Position numbers and translations under genes: made by a program. A DNA stretch of 64,000 nucleotides from Macrostomum lignano. Taxonomy: Eukaryota. This document shows, one piece after another, positions 33,179 to 46,735 of the stretch (the stretch's first letter is position 1; each line of letters opens with the position of its first letter). Below the pieces are notes generated by a model, which made no database searches, had not been told where the DNA came from, and was given only the letters and a program-made list of their open reading frames with translations. The stretch lies in NCBI GenBank assembly GCA_002269645.1, contig NIVC01000435.1, positions 1 through 64,000 of the forward strand, written 5' to 3'.

Positions 33179-36100
33179 TCACGGATTAACAAAGGTGACA
33201 AAGATGTAACGAACACCTTTAGTGACTTCCAGGCCCTCGTGCAGGTGAGTGATCCTACCGGGATGGACAAACGCCCAGCCTAGTCGCGGAGCGATCACGG
33301 AGCAGTTGTAGCGAGGAAACCTGCAGCCGCCGCCTTCGAAGTCCTCGCCAACCTGATTGAGAGCCAGATTGACAGTGTAGTCTGAGGCGTCATGATGCGG
33401 CCGAAGCTCCTTCTGCTCCTCGGGGTGATAGCGAACAACGAAGTTCATTCGAGCCCAAGGCTTGTCGCTGTAGCCTTGGAACAGTTTTAGCTGGATTGGG
33501 TGCATGTACTTTACTAGAAAGTGCAGCCAGTGCGCCTCCCAGCCAACTTGGCGCATGTGAATGTCGCGAGTTGGCACATTCTCGTAGCCGCCTTCTAGCC
33601 GGGGATCTGTGTTTGTGCCGTCTGACCATCTGCAAATTGCACTACTGCTGTTAGTAGAAATATTAGCAGAATAACAGTTGCTTTCCCAGAATTTAAAATC
33701 CTTAAATACTAGCAGCTCCTATCCTCAAATTTACAAGTCCTCAGTTCCTATCTTTAATCATAAAAATCCCCAATTCTCTCAGTTCCTATCCTTAATCATA
33801 AAAATCCCCAATTCTCTCAGTTCCTATCCTTAAGCATAAAAATCCCCAATTCTCCCAGCTCGTATCCCCAATCATGAAATCCCTAATTTTCCCATCGCCT
33901 ATCCCCAATTATTAAAATCCCAATTCTCCTAATTCCTATCCCCCAATCATAAAATCCCCGATTCTCCCAGCTCGTATCCCCAATCATCAAAATCCCCAAT
34001 TATCCCAATTCCTATCACCAATCATGAAATCCCCAATTTTCCCAGCTTCTATCCCCAGTCGTAAAAATCCCAAATTATCCCAATTCCTATCCCCGGTCGT
34101 AAAAATCCCCAATTATCCCAATTCCTATACCCGGTCGTAAAAATACCCAATTATCCCAATTCCTATCCCCGGTCGTATCCCCGGGGATAGGAAAAATCCA
34201 ATAATCACCTTCCGAACGACTCCATAACGGCAACCAGATCGTGGCAAAACGAAGGCGTAACCAATGGCAACCAAAACACATCCGGGCAGGGCTGCTCAAA
34301 ATCCCCCAGCTGAGCATCGTCCGAGGCGAATCGCCAATAATCCGGATGCATGTACTTGTGCTCCCAATCCACCGGATTAGCCCAAATCTCCCACAGATCA
34401 TTGCTAGCGTGCAACCTAGTGGTATTGGAGTTGTCAGTCAGGTGACCGAATGGAAGTGTGTTTAGCACGTGCATAAACACATTTTTCGATCTGGCAATTG
34501 AAGCGAAATCTATGTCGTAATCGACTCCACTAGCGGCTAATCGTTTGGAATCGAATGCGCCAGCTTTGAGTAGGATTTGAGCAGCTCGCCTATTGATTAG
34601 GTAGGCTGCCGATACGTAAGGCACGTTCCACAGGCCACGGCGCGCGTCGCTGACAATGTCTAAGTAGTCGTCTGATCTGTAAGGGTGCGGCACTTGTTTA
34701 ACTTGAGTTGGCGCTATCCGCCTCCAATCCTCCAAAGACTGCAGCCGCTATCCGCCCCCAATCCTCCAAAGGCTACAGCTGCTATCTGCCCCAATTCTCC
34801 AAAGGCTACAGCCGCTATCCGCCCCCAATCCTCCAAAAGCTGCAGCCGCTATCCGCCCCCAATTCTCCAAAGGCTACTGCCGCTATCCGCCCCCAATCCT
34901 CCAAAGGCTACAGCTGCTATCTGCCCCAATTCTCCAAAGGCTACAGCCGCTATCCGCCCCCAATCCTCCAAAGGCTACAGCTGCTATCTGCCCCAATTCT
35001 CCAAAGGCTACAGCTGCTATCTGCCCCAATCCTCCAAAGGCTACAGCTGCTATCTGCCCCAATTCTCCAAAGGCTACAGCCGCTATCCGCCCCCAATCCT
35101 CCAAAGGCTACAGCCGCTATCCGCCCCCAATCCTCCAAAAGCTGCAGCCGCTATCCGCCCCCAATTCTCCAAAAGCTTCGGCTGCTATCCGCTCCCAATT
35201 CTCCAAAGGCTGCAGCCACTATCCGCCCCCAATCCTCCAAGGCTACAGCTGCTATCCGCCCGCAATCCTCCAAGGCTACAGCCGCTATCCGCCCCCAATC
35301 CTCCAAAGGCTGCAGCCGCTATCCGCTCCCAATTCTCCAAAAGCTTCGGCTGCTATCTGCTCCCAATTCTCCAAAAGCTTCGGCTGCTATCTGCTCCCAA
35401 TTCTCCAAAAGCTTTGGCTGCTATCCGCTCCCAATTCTCCAAAGCTTCGGCTGCTATCCGCTCCCAATTCTCCAAAAGCTTCGGCTGCTATCCGCCCCCA
35501 ATCCTCTAAAGGCTACTGCCGCTATCCGCCCTCTCACCTGGCATAATATCCGTCGGCATTCAAGGCGCCCCAGAAGTTGGACCACAATTTACCGGGCAGC
35601 ACTAGCAGTGGCGCAACAATAGACCGATTAACGGCCACCAGCTGAGTCAGAGCATCTCGTCCAGTTAGCTGAGAAATCGGCTCAACAAAGAATATAAAAT
35701 CTGAATCGTACTCATTAACCAACAGTATCTGCCTAGCAGAGACCGGCGAGAAAGCTAAATTATCCGAAGCATTATTCAGCACAATACTGGCATACTCGTG
35801 CACAGGATTGTCAATGAAATCTCTAACGGCTAAATGAACATTTCTAGCCGAGGCCCCCGGTCCCAGATCGATGCGAAGATGAATTCGCTGCTTTGGATAA
35901 GTCTGCTCGGCTAATCTAGCCAATAGCAGGTCGGGAAACGGCGCCGGATCGGTTAGCAACACGCCGACAGTCAGGTAAGGCAGTTCAGACTGGCGCTGCA
36001 ACAGTTGAGCCACAGTTGGCGGCGGCATTGGCGGGCAGTGCTGACAGCCCAGACTGTCTGACCAGCCTCTGCCCAGATAGTTTGTTAATCGCCAAAATTC

Positions 36101-38218
36101 TGCTTTAATTGGTCCATTGCCGTGCAGTAGGGCGGGAGAACTACCCGTGACAGTGTTGCGCAGATAGCCTAAGCCGCTGTCGTCCCAGCGTAGCGACACC
36201 TCGGACAGGGCTCCGTTGAGCGTCTGGAATACTGAGCAGTCATAGTCTAAGGCCATGCGATGCCGCTGACGCAAGTCCGGGTTGAGGAAGGCACGAGTCA
36301 GGAACAGCTGGTCATCGTCTGAGTCGGTGATTGGGGCATAGTTGAGCAGGCGCCTGCATTGGAACAGGTGGATGAGTGCATCCATCGTGTGCAGGCCTTG
36401 ACGCACTTTACGAGCCCTTGACCATAAACCATGACACTCGCACAATAATATATGCATGACCTTGCAAACACCGACTAACCCTAGACCTACTCACAACCCT
36501 AGACCTACTCACAACCCTAGACCTACTCACAACCCTAGACCTACTCTACTCACAACCCTAGACCTACTCACAACCCTGGACCTACTCACAACCCTAGACC
36601 TACTCTACTCACAACCCTAGACCTACTCACAACCCTGGACCTACTCACAACCCTGGACCTACTCACAGCCCTAGACCTACTCACAACCCTAGACCTACTC
36701 TACTCACAACCCTAGACCTACTCACAACCCTGGACCTACTCACAACCCTAGACCTACTCACAACCCTAGATCTACACACAACCCTAGACCTACTCACAAC
36801 CCTAGACCTACTCACAACCCTAGACCTACTCTACTCACAACCCTAGACCTACTCACAACCCTGGACCTACTCACAACCCTAGACCTACTCTACTCACAAC
36901 CCTAGACCTACTCACAACCCTGGACCTACTCACAACCCTAGACCTACTCTACTCACAACCCTAGACCTACTCACAACCCTGGACCTACTCACAACCCTAG
37001 ACCTACTCACAACCCTAGATCTACTCACAACCCTAGATCTACTCACAACCCTAGACCTACTCACAACCCTAGACCTACTCACAACCCTAGACCTACTCAC
37101 AGTCACAACCCTAGACCTACTCACAACCCTGGACCTACTCACAACCCTAGACCTACTCACAACCCTAGACCTACTCACAACCCTAGATCTACTCACAACC
37201 CTAGACCTACTCACAACCCTAGACCTACTCACAACCCTAGATCTACTCACAACCCTAGACCTACTCACAGTCACAACCCTAGACCTAATAAACCAAAACA
37301 CCAGACCTAATAAACCACAACACCAGACCTAATAAACCACAACCTTATACCTAATAAACCACAACACCAGACCTAATAAACCAAAAAACTAGACCTAATA
37401 AACCACAACACCAGACCTAATAACCCACAACCTTAGACCTAATAAACCACAACACCAGACCTAATAAACCAAAAAACTAGACCTAATAAACCACAACACC
37501 AGACCTAATAACTCACAACCCTATAGACCTAATAACCCACAACCATATAGACCTAATAATCCACAACCCTATAGACCTAATAACCCACAACCCTAGACTC
37601 AAAGAGCCACATTATGTGTCTTTAAAAGTAAGAATCTCAGTGCCATTTGACATCTTGTGTCGAAGTTTAGACCCACACATCCTTCAAGACTCAAATCAAG
37701 TCTCACCTGAGCTCCCCAGCCTTGCCCATATACCCGCCAGAATTTAAATAGGCTGTCTTCCGGCCAGCGGGAGGTTTGGGATACTTGTCGGCCAGGCTCT
37801 GGTCGGGCCAGCAGAACCGTTCGGCAGAGATTAGTACTCCGGCTCCGCTAGCCTCGAATGCACTTCGAATAGCCGCCTGGCCAGCTAGAAACACAGCGTC
37901 GTAGGCGTCGCTAAACAGCACCAGTTGATCGTCTGGCACGTCAGCCAGCGCCCGGCGCATTAGCAGAATCTTCTGACCGCCGCCGGCGCCGCGAGACACG
38001 TCGCCGCCGAGCCAATCGGAGCCGAGACCCAACGGCTCCGGAGTTGGCAAGCCGCGCAGCTTAGCCGAGGCCAGAAACGCGGCCAGAGCGTCATTGGTCT
38101 CCGTGGCAACCGTTAGAATACGGAGTTGAGAATTGGCTCCAGATACTTTCTCGTAGTAAACGGAGCTGATGCAAGCAATCAATAATAGTGACAGTGTGAG
38201 ATGCATAGCAACTGGCAT
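33179..38218 (-). CDS. PLOD: Procollagen-lysine 2-oxoglutarate 5-dioxygenase (lysyl hydroxylase/glycosyltransferase, LH3-like). Exons 38218-37707, 36353-35538, 34676-34209, 33629-33179; 748 aa
   Basis: Signal peptide; GT domain '[43 protein letters not shown]'; '[25 protein letters not shown]'; '[13 protein letters not shown]'; Fe/2OG motif '[30 protein letters not shown]'. Exons sum to 2247 nt. Confidence 0.96.
33730..34200. repeat. About 38-bp C/A-rich minisatellite in PLOD intron 3
   Basis: Tandem CCCAATT..CCTATCCCC..AAAAT units. Confidence 0.85.
34715..35532. repeat. 34-bp minisatellite (GCTATCCGCCCCCAATCCTCCAAAGGCTACAGCT) in PLOD intron 2
   Basis: Unit starts at 34747 and 34781. Confidence 0.95.
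36478..37600. repeat. 18-bp minisatellite (CCCTAGACCTACTCACAA) grading into a related GACCTAATAAACCACAA array, in PLOD intron 1
   Basis: 'SRVVSR' periodic ORF; unit type switches at about 37285. Confidence 0.95.
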
Positions 38219-38477
38219 GCATGATTGACAGGTAAATCAGGATATAATAAGGTCAAGTAGCTAACTCGGCGCACAGATACCATAATAACAAAATATATGT
38301 ATAAGTAGAGCGTATATTCTGTTTTAAGTAGTTAATCTGCACAGTATCACTAAAATTTAATGTGGCAGCTAAAGTTTTAATTTCTTTTTTTGTGGCCTCG
38401 AAGCATCTGGGTTTAAGAATGAACAACAAGAATTTAATTCGATGTACACAAGTGAACGCAAGACAGAGGAAACACAG

Positions 38478-38760
38478 TCTAGGGGACAGGCCCAATTTAG
38501 CTCAGCCAATGAGAGAGCGGTAAGGAGAGAGGTCAAAGTCAGATACAACACAAGCGGGAGATAGGAAGTCTAAGTGTTTATCGGCCTAGCTAGGGGGGGG
38601 GGGGCTGGGGCGCCACACTTTTCTCTCTTGACCTCTCTCTCATTGGCTGTGATAGGTTCGGCCTGCCTCCTAGACTGAGTTTCATAACCAGTCTAACTTT
38701 GAACTCTCTCCTTACTGCCCTCTCATTGGTTGAGCTAGATTGGGCCTGCCCCGTTAGACT
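38478..38760. promoter_or_regulatory. Inverted and direct copies of a roughly 60-bp CCAAT-containing module upstream of PLOD (promoter module or MITE remnant)
   Basis: 38478-38540 is the approximate reverse complement of 38697-38760. A partial third copy lies at about 38627-38676. Each contains CCAAT/ATTGG. Confidence 0.4.
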
Positions 38761-39529
38761 GAGTTCGTCCGTCTTGCGTTCACTCGTGTACATCAAGTTA
38801 AATGCTTGTCGTTTATTCGTTGTGGGAGGCCATAAAATCCCCAGGAAGGAATAGAAATTTAAGCTGCCAAATATAATTTAGGTGATACTGCGTAGAAAAT
38901 ACTACTATAAACAGAGTAGATAATCTACTTTTGCACAGCTTATAGTTTATTCTAGTATCACTGGTCATATAACAGTACACAAAAGTAAAAAACCCCGATG
39001 GCCCATGCGAATTTAAACTAGTTATTAGTGGGAATTCATCTTTAGTCTTTATTCACCTAGTTTAAATACTTATGTAAAAATCAGAAAAGCAAAACCTTTC
39101 CTACAAAATCAAAGACAGCAAACCAAATAGAAATGACTGCTCAGCGGATTTGTATTAATAATATATTCCTTAATGCGTAACGAAAATCAAGTATAAACTC
39201 AACAAAATAGAAACTTATTGCAGCGTAACTGAAAGCGCTTATTAGGCAGCAGACAAAAAGCAACTAGCCAACAATGTGCTCCATAAAAATGTACTAATCG
39301 CTTCTTTTGTCCAGCTAGATAAATAATAAGCATGCTAAGTAAAATATAAACAGTAAAATAACAATAAATAATAATAAATAACAATAAATGGCATGCTTTA
39401 TCATAAACAATTTGAGCAATAAATGCTGGACAAAAGAGTATTATTGAAGATTTTATACCAAACCGAAAGAAGTTAAATATATGACTAAACTCATGATTTT
39501 AGTGCCTAAAGGGAATTCATATCAATGTC

Positions 39530-39935
39530 TAAAAGGGATTTTAGTCATGGTGTCTGAAGGTGTCTGAAAGAGATTTCAGTCATGGTGTCTGAAGGTGTCT
39601 GAAGGGGATTTTAGTCATGGTGTCTGAAAGAGATTTCAGTCATGGTGTCTGAAGGGGATTTCAGTCATGGTGTCTGAAGGTGTCTGAAAGAGATTTCAGT
39701 CATGGTGTCTGAAGGTGTCTCAAAGAGATTTCAGTCATTGTGTCTGAAGGGGATTTCAGTCATGGTGTCTGAAGGTGTCTCAAAGAGATTTCAGTCGTGG
39801 TGTCTGAAGGGGATTTCAGTCATGGTGTCTGAAGGTGTCTCAAAGAGATTTCAGTCGTGGTGTCTGAAGGGGATTGCAGTCATGGTGTCTGAAGGTGTCT
39901 CAAGGGGACTCCAGTCAGTGTCTGAAGGTGATTTC
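39530..39935. repeat. Compound minisatellite (AGTCATGGTGTCTGAAGG core; about 60-bp higher-order unit)
   Basis: 20-aa periodicity in ORF 39702-40034. Confidence 0.9.
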
Positions 39936-40569
39936 AGTTGGTGTCCCGAAAGCGCAGACTACCTATCCAATATAACATTGATAAAATGGCACAGGCATTT
40001 TTGTGCATCAACAAGACACCAGGTCAAATATTAGGCGCGTATAATATTAAAGTGCAACAAATAAAATGCATTCAAATTGGCGCCAATACTAGGCAGAAAT
40101 AGTAAAACAAACTCAACGGCTTTAAAGTGGCGGCGGTAAATCAGACAATAAAATGTCATATTGAAAAATAATGAGAAAATCTGTATATATAGAAACTTTA
40201 AGACTTAAAGGCATGCAGAAAATGGCAAAAGTGCCCAAAAACAGTGATGAAAAAATGTTATGTTTAACTAAATTTTGTAACAAAACTTTTTAAATACCAA
40301 CGTTAAAACTGTAGTGTAAAGCTATCTAGCGCCAGTAAACTAAAATTTTCATTAAATAAGAAGACCAGTGTCATGAAGGATTAGTGGTTTAAACACAAAT
40401 AAACATTAAACAATGAGAATCGCGCTTGCTTGAGAAGAAATCAAATAAACGGGAAACAAGAAGCTTGTAAAAATATAAATAAAAGCCTACTCAAGAGGCG
40501 GATTTAGCTATGGTCCCGATTGCTTGGCATTGTAATAAAGAGAAAACGGGAGCAGATAAAGGCTGTAAA

Positions 40570-41490
40570 ACAGCGGATAAAGGAGCGGAATTGGGGCGGA
40601 TAAAGGAGCGGAATTGGGGGCGGATAAAGGAGCGGAATTGGGGGCGGATAAAGGAGCAAAATTGGGGACGGATAAAGGAGCAAAATTGGGGACGGATAAA
40701 GGAGCGGAATTGGGGGCGGATAAAGGAGCAAAATTGGGGGCGGATAAAGGAGCGGAATTGGGGGCGGATAAAGGAGCGGAATTGGGGGCGGATAAAGGAG
40801 CGGAATTGGGGGCGGATAAAGGAGCGGAATTGGGGGCGGATAAAGGAGCGGAATTGGGGGCGGATAAAGGAGCGGAATTGGGGGCGGATAAAGGAGCAAA
40901 ATTGGGGACGGATAAAGGAGCGGAATTGGGGGCGGATAAAGGAGCGGAATTGGGGGCGGATAAAGGAGCGGAATTGGGGCGGATAAAGGAGCGGAATTGG
41001 GGGCGGATAAAGGAGCAAAATTGGGGACGGATAAAGGAGCGGAATTGGGGGCGGATAAAGGAGCGGAATTGGGGGCGGATAAAGGAGCGGAATTGGGGGC
41101 GGATAAAGGAGCAAAATTGGGGACGGATAAAGGAGCGGAATTGGGGGCGGATAAAGGAGCGGAATTGGGGGCGGATAAAGGAGCGGAATTGGGGGCGGAT
41201 AAAGGAGCGGAATTGGGGGCGGATAAAGGAGCGGAATTGGGGGCGGATAAAGGAGCGGAATTGGGGGCGGATAAAGGAGCGGAATTGGGGGCGGATAAAG
41301 GAGCAAAATTGGGGACGGATAAAGGAGCGGAATTCGGGGCGGATAAAGGAGCGGAATTGGGGGCGGATAAAGGAGCGGAATTGGGGGCGGATAAAGGAGC
41401 AAAATTGGGGACGGATAAAGGAGCGGAATTGGGGGCGGATAAAGGAGCGGAATTGGGGGCGGACAAGGAGCGGAATTTGGGGGCGGAAAA
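40570..41490. repeat. 24-bp minisatellite (GATAAAGGAGCGGAATTGGGGGCG), about 38 copies
   Basis: 'LGADKGAE' 8-aa periodicity. Confidence 0.97.
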
Positions 41491-41623
41491 AGGGGTGGAT
41501 AAGAGATCGGAATTCGGAACAGATAAAATAGCAAAATTAACTGCAGGTTGAGGGCGGAAAAGAGCTGAAAAATTAGCGAAACGCATTGCTGGAGTTGTTT
41601 TGCACTTGCTTTTAAGGCCGCAT

Positions 41624-43283
41624 TCAAACCCGGCCAGTGTTTCCACCGGCATTGGAGCCGCCACCTGCCCCAGCCTCAATAGCGGCATCAATCACGCTAA
41701 TTAATCGGTCCAGCTGGCCAATCCGGTTGAGATGGCTGTGCAGCTCGGAGCGACGCATCAGCTGCAGTCGGCGCCGGGCTTCGCCTAAAGGATCGGCGCA
41801 GTCGCTGCTGGCAACAACCAGATCGCCGAACAGCTGGCCGCTGCTAGCATCGTTACTATCGGACGACGATGCCAATAAAGAAGTTAAGAAATCCAATGAA
41901 TTATTAGCTTGAGTAGGTTGGCTTGGCTGCGACGAACCAGCCGCCTCAGTCAGCGTTGGCACAGACCGGTGACGACGAACTGCGAAAGAACTGCTAGACG
42001 ATGAAATCGATCCGCTCCTCTCGTGCAGAACCTGTTATAAAATAAAACAATTTTCAGTAATTTTTTGCCAAAAGGGTGATTAAATGTTTTGCTTGCCTAC
42101 TGTTAGTAATAAAAATACACCAAAAATAAAAATACAGTAACAAAATAGCAATCCTTACAAGCTACAGTTTTACTTGTACTTGTTACTTTACTTATTTTTT
42201 ATAAAATTATCGCAAGCATTGCAAACTGGTTCCTGATATTAGGGGTCGGAGAAAGGTCCAGATAGGGAACCTGGCGCATGACTGCGGGACAGAGGAGGGG
42301 GAAGAGAAAGGGGAATAGAGACAAGAGAAGAGGAGAAGAGAGGAGGAAGGAGAGAGGAGAGAAGAGAGAGGAGAGAAGAGAGAGGAGAAGAGAAATAAGA
42401 GATTAGGGAGAAAGAGAGCTGAGAAGAGACACAAACCGTGAGCAGGCCGGATTTCTATGGTGGAATTCCAAAGGACCCGAGGGCCGGAGAGAGAGGCTTC
42501 TCAGGTCGCATGTTGGCCAGCGGATCGGAGTTAACCGACCACAGGTCCCGATTAATCAAATAAAATCTCGAACCTTAAAAAACACTGACAATGCTACTAG
42601 TAGTACATGTACTTGATTTTTACCTGTCGCGGCAGCATGGGCACAGGCCGCACAGGCACTGGCACTACTGGCGGAGTCTGCGGTCGTTTAGCCATAGACA
42701 AATCGTATGGGCCTTCGTCATAATCTTCATCCTCATCACCCTCATCCTCATCATCTTGCTGCCTCTGTTGCTGCCCAAAGCTGTGAAAATCGGCCATGGA
42801 GTGTCTTCTATTATTAGTATCCGATTGACTGCTATTCGACAAAACTGAGTCCAGCTTAGCAACCGCCGACATCAACTCGGGATTCCGGCAGCCGAAACGG
42901 CCATCAACAATGCAACCAGTTTCAATTGCCAATCGAAGGTCGCGTTTCAAATTGCGCCACTTTGTACTGCAGTTCGGCCCGGTAAACTGGCAAACGTAGC
43001 TGCTGCCACTAGAAGCAGCAAAGTTTAACTGACTATTCAATCGTTGAGCAATTTCCGACCACACCTGTTTCTGAACTCGACTATTGCGCAACGGTTCGCG
43101 ATATTCTTCAATCAGCTTTAGCAGTGCGTCGGTCTGCTGGGGTGCCCAGTACTTCTTGCTGGCCCGCTGTTGCTGTTGTACTGTGAATTCCTCTGTGCAA
43201 TTGGATGAAGAAGCCGAATCTGTGTTAGAATTACCGTGGCCGGATGCTGATGGACAGCTATTAAACGGATACTGATATGCCAT
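41624..43283 (-). CDS. Myb/SANT-like (trihelix/MADF-type) DNA-binding protein with an acidic tract and a PxDLS CtBP-binding motif. Exons 43283-42624 and 42031-41624; about 355 aa
   Basis: 'WAPQQTDALLKLIEEY..KQVWSEIAQRL..FTGPNCSTKWRNLKRDLR' matches the W..W..W trihelix pattern. 'DDEDEGDEDEDYDEGPYDLS'. Phase-0 junction CAG|GTAAAA..TAACAG|GTT is in frame. Additional 5' or 3' exons are possible. Confidence 0.78.
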
Positions 43284-43369
43284 GCTTCCGGTGCTGTGAC
43301 TTTCGGTTGATATAAACAAATGCCTTTTTGTGCTTTTTATTGGGCCGTGGCAGAAATTAAATTGAGATT

Positions 43370-46300
43370 AGATCTAGCTAGCTTAGATGTAGGGACTGGG
43401 ATCATTGGGATCTAGCTAGCTTAGATGTGGGGACTGGGATCTAGCTAGCTTAGATGTGGGGATTGGGATCTAGCTAGCTTAGATGTAGGGACTGGGATCA
43501 TTGGGATCTAGCTAGCTTAGATGTGGGGACTGGGATCTAGCTAGCTTAGATGTAGGGACTGGGATCATTGGGATCTAGCTAGCTTAGATGTGGGGATTGG
43601 GATCTAGCTAGCTTAGATGTAGGGACTGGGATCATTGGGATCTAGCTAGCTTAGATGTGGGGACTGGGATCTAGCTAGCTTAGATGTGGGGACTGGGATC
43701 TAGCTAGCTTAGATGTGGGGACTGGGATCTAGCTAGCTTAGATGTGGGGACTGGGATCTAGCTAGCTTAGATGTGGGGACTGGGATCTAGCTAGCTTAGA
43801 TGTAGGGACTGGGATCATTGGGATCTAGCTAGCTTAGATGTGGGGATTGGGATCTAGCTAGCTTAGATGTGGGGACTGGGATCTAGCTAGATTAGATGTG
43901 GGGATTGGGGTCTAGCTAGCTTAGATGTGGGGATTGGGGTCTAGCTAGATTAGATGTGGGGACTGGGATCTAGTTAACTTATATGTGGGGATTGGGGTCT
44001 AGCTAGATTAGATGTGGGGATTGGGGTCTTACTACATGTAGATTAGATGTGGGGATTGGGGTCTAGCTAGATTAGATGTGGGATTGGGGTCTAGCTAGAT
44101 TAGATGTGGCGATTGGGATCTAGTTAACTTAGATGTGGGGATTGGGGTCTAGCTAGACTAGATGTGGCGATTGGGATCTGGTTAACTTAGACGTGGGGAT
44201 TTGGGTCTAGCTAGATTAGATGTGGCGATTGGGATCTGGTTAACTTAGATGTGGGGATTTGGGTCTAGCTAGACTAGATGTGGCGATTGGGATCTGGTTA
44301 ACTTAGATGTGGGGATTTGGGTCTAGCTAGATTAGATGTGGCGATTGGGATCTGGTTAACTTAGATGTGGGGATTTGGGTCTAGCTAGACTAGATGTGGC
44401 GATTGGGATCTGGTTAACTTAGATGTGGGGATTTGGGTCTAGCTAGATGAGATGTGGCGATTGGGATCTGGTTAACTTAGATGTGGGGATTTGGGTCTAG
44501 CTAGACTAGATGCGGCGATTGGGATCTAGTTAACTTAGATGTGGGGATTGGGGTCTAGCTACATGTAGATTAGATGTGGGGATTGGGGTCTAGCTACATG
44601 TAGATTAGATGTGGGGATTGGGGTCTAGCTACATGTAGATTAGATGTGGGGATTGGGGTCTAGCTACATGTAGATTAGATGTGGGGATTGGGGTCTAGCT
44701 ACATGTAGATTAGATGTGGGGATTGGGGTCTAGCTAGATTAGATGTGGGGATTGGGGTCTTACTACATGTAGATTAGATGTGGGGATTGGGGTCTAGCTA
44801 GATTAGATGTGGGATTGGGGTCTAGCTAGATTAGATGTGGCGATTGGGATCTAGTTAACTTAGATGTGGGGATTGGGGTCTAGCTAGACTAGATGTGGCG
44901 ATTGGGATCTGGTTAACTTAGATGTGGGGATTTGGGTCTAGCTAGATTAGATGTGGCGATTGGGATCTGGTTAACTTAGATGTGGGGATTTGGGTCTAGC
45001 TAGACTAGATGTGGCGATTGGGATCTGGTTAACTTAGATGTGGGGATTTGGGTCTAGCTAGATTAGATGTGGCGATTGGGATCTGGTTAACTTAGATGTG
45101 GGGATTTGGGTCTAGCTAGACTAGATGTGGCGATTGGGATCTGGTTAACTTAGATGTGGGGATTTGGGTCTAGCTAGATGAGATGTGGCGATTGGGATCT
45201 GGTTAACTTAGATGTGGGGATTTGGGTCTAGCTAGACTAGATGCGGCGATTGGGATCTGGTTAACTTAGATGTGGGGATTGGAGTCTAGCTACATGTAGA
45301 TTAGATGTGGGGATTGGGGTCTAGCTACATGTAGATTAGATGTGGGGATTGGGGTCTAGCTACATGTAGATTAGATGTGGGGATTGGGGTCTAGCTACAT
45401 GTAGATTAGATGTGGGGATTGGGGTCTAGCTACATGTAGATTAGATGTGGGGATTGGGGTCTAGCTACATGTAGATTAGATGTGGGGATTGGGGTCTAGC
45501 TAGATTAGATGTGGGGATTGGGGTCTTACTACATGTAGATTAGATGTGGGGATTGGGGTCTAGCTAGATTAGATGTGGGATTGGGTTCTAGCTAGATTAG
45601 ATGTGGCGATTGGGATCTAGTTAACTTAGATGTGGGGATTGGGGTCTAGCTAGACTAGATGTGGCGATTGGGATCTGGTTAACTTAGATGTGGGGATTTG
45701 GGTCTAGCTAGATTAGATGTGGCGATTGGGATCTGGTTAACTTAGATGTGGGGATTTGGGTCTAGCTAGACTAGATGTGGCGATTGGGATCTGGTTAACT
45801 TAGATGTGGGGATTTGGGTCTAGCTAGATTAGATGTGGCGATTGGGATCTGGTTAACTTAGATGTGGGGATTTGGGTCTAGCTAGATGAGATGTGGCGAT
45901 TGGGATCTGGTTAACTTAGATGTGGGGATTTGGGTCTAGCTAGACTAGATGCGGCGATTGGGATCTGGTTAACTTAGATGTGGGGATTGGAGTCTAGCTA
46001 CATGTAGATTAGATGTGGGGATTGGGGTCTAGCTACATGTAGATTAGATGTGGGGATTGGGGTCTAGCTACATGTAGATTAGATGTGGGGATTGGGGTCT
46101 AGCTACATGTAGATTAGATGTGGGGATTGGGGTCTAGCTACATGTAGATTAGATGTGGGGATTGGGGTCTAGCTACATGTAGATTAGATGTGGGGATTGG
46201 GGTCTAGCTACATGTAGATTAGATGTGGGGATTGGGGTCTAGCTACATGTAGATTAGATGTGGGGATTGGGGTCTAGCTACATGTAGATTAGATGTGGGG

Positions 46301-46440
46301 ATTGGGGTCTAGCTAGATTAGATGTGGGGATTGGGATCTAGTTAACTTAGATGTGGAGATGGGATCTAGTAAGAGCAGATCAGATGTGGGGATTGGGATC
46401 ATATAGGGATCAAAATTAGATCAGATGTGGGGATTGGGAT
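43370..46440. repeat. About 3-kb satellite of 29-35-bp units (GATGTGGGGATTGGGGTCTAGCTA..) with three higher-order copies of about 730-770 bp
   Basis: The rare variant TTACTACATG occurs at 44029, 44760 and 45526. Confidence 0.96.
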
Positions 46441-46735
46441 TTTTGTAGCTTTAGTTAATTTGGGAAGAAAATGGTGACTGTTTACTTAGCTTTATGCTAC
46501 CAAACAAAAAAAGCTTTAAAAATGCAAATTTTTGGAAACGTACACTCACAAATAGTTGTTTTAACAAATTCCAAATTTATTGATAAAATACGCATAGATT
46601 AGATATGAAAATGCGAATAATTACCGAATACGTAACTGCACTACCCAACAATGGGAAATTTTTCCCTTCATAAATATACTTTCGATACATATCGGGCAAC
46701 GGCCAACATAGTACATAAAAAGTCCAACTATAGAC

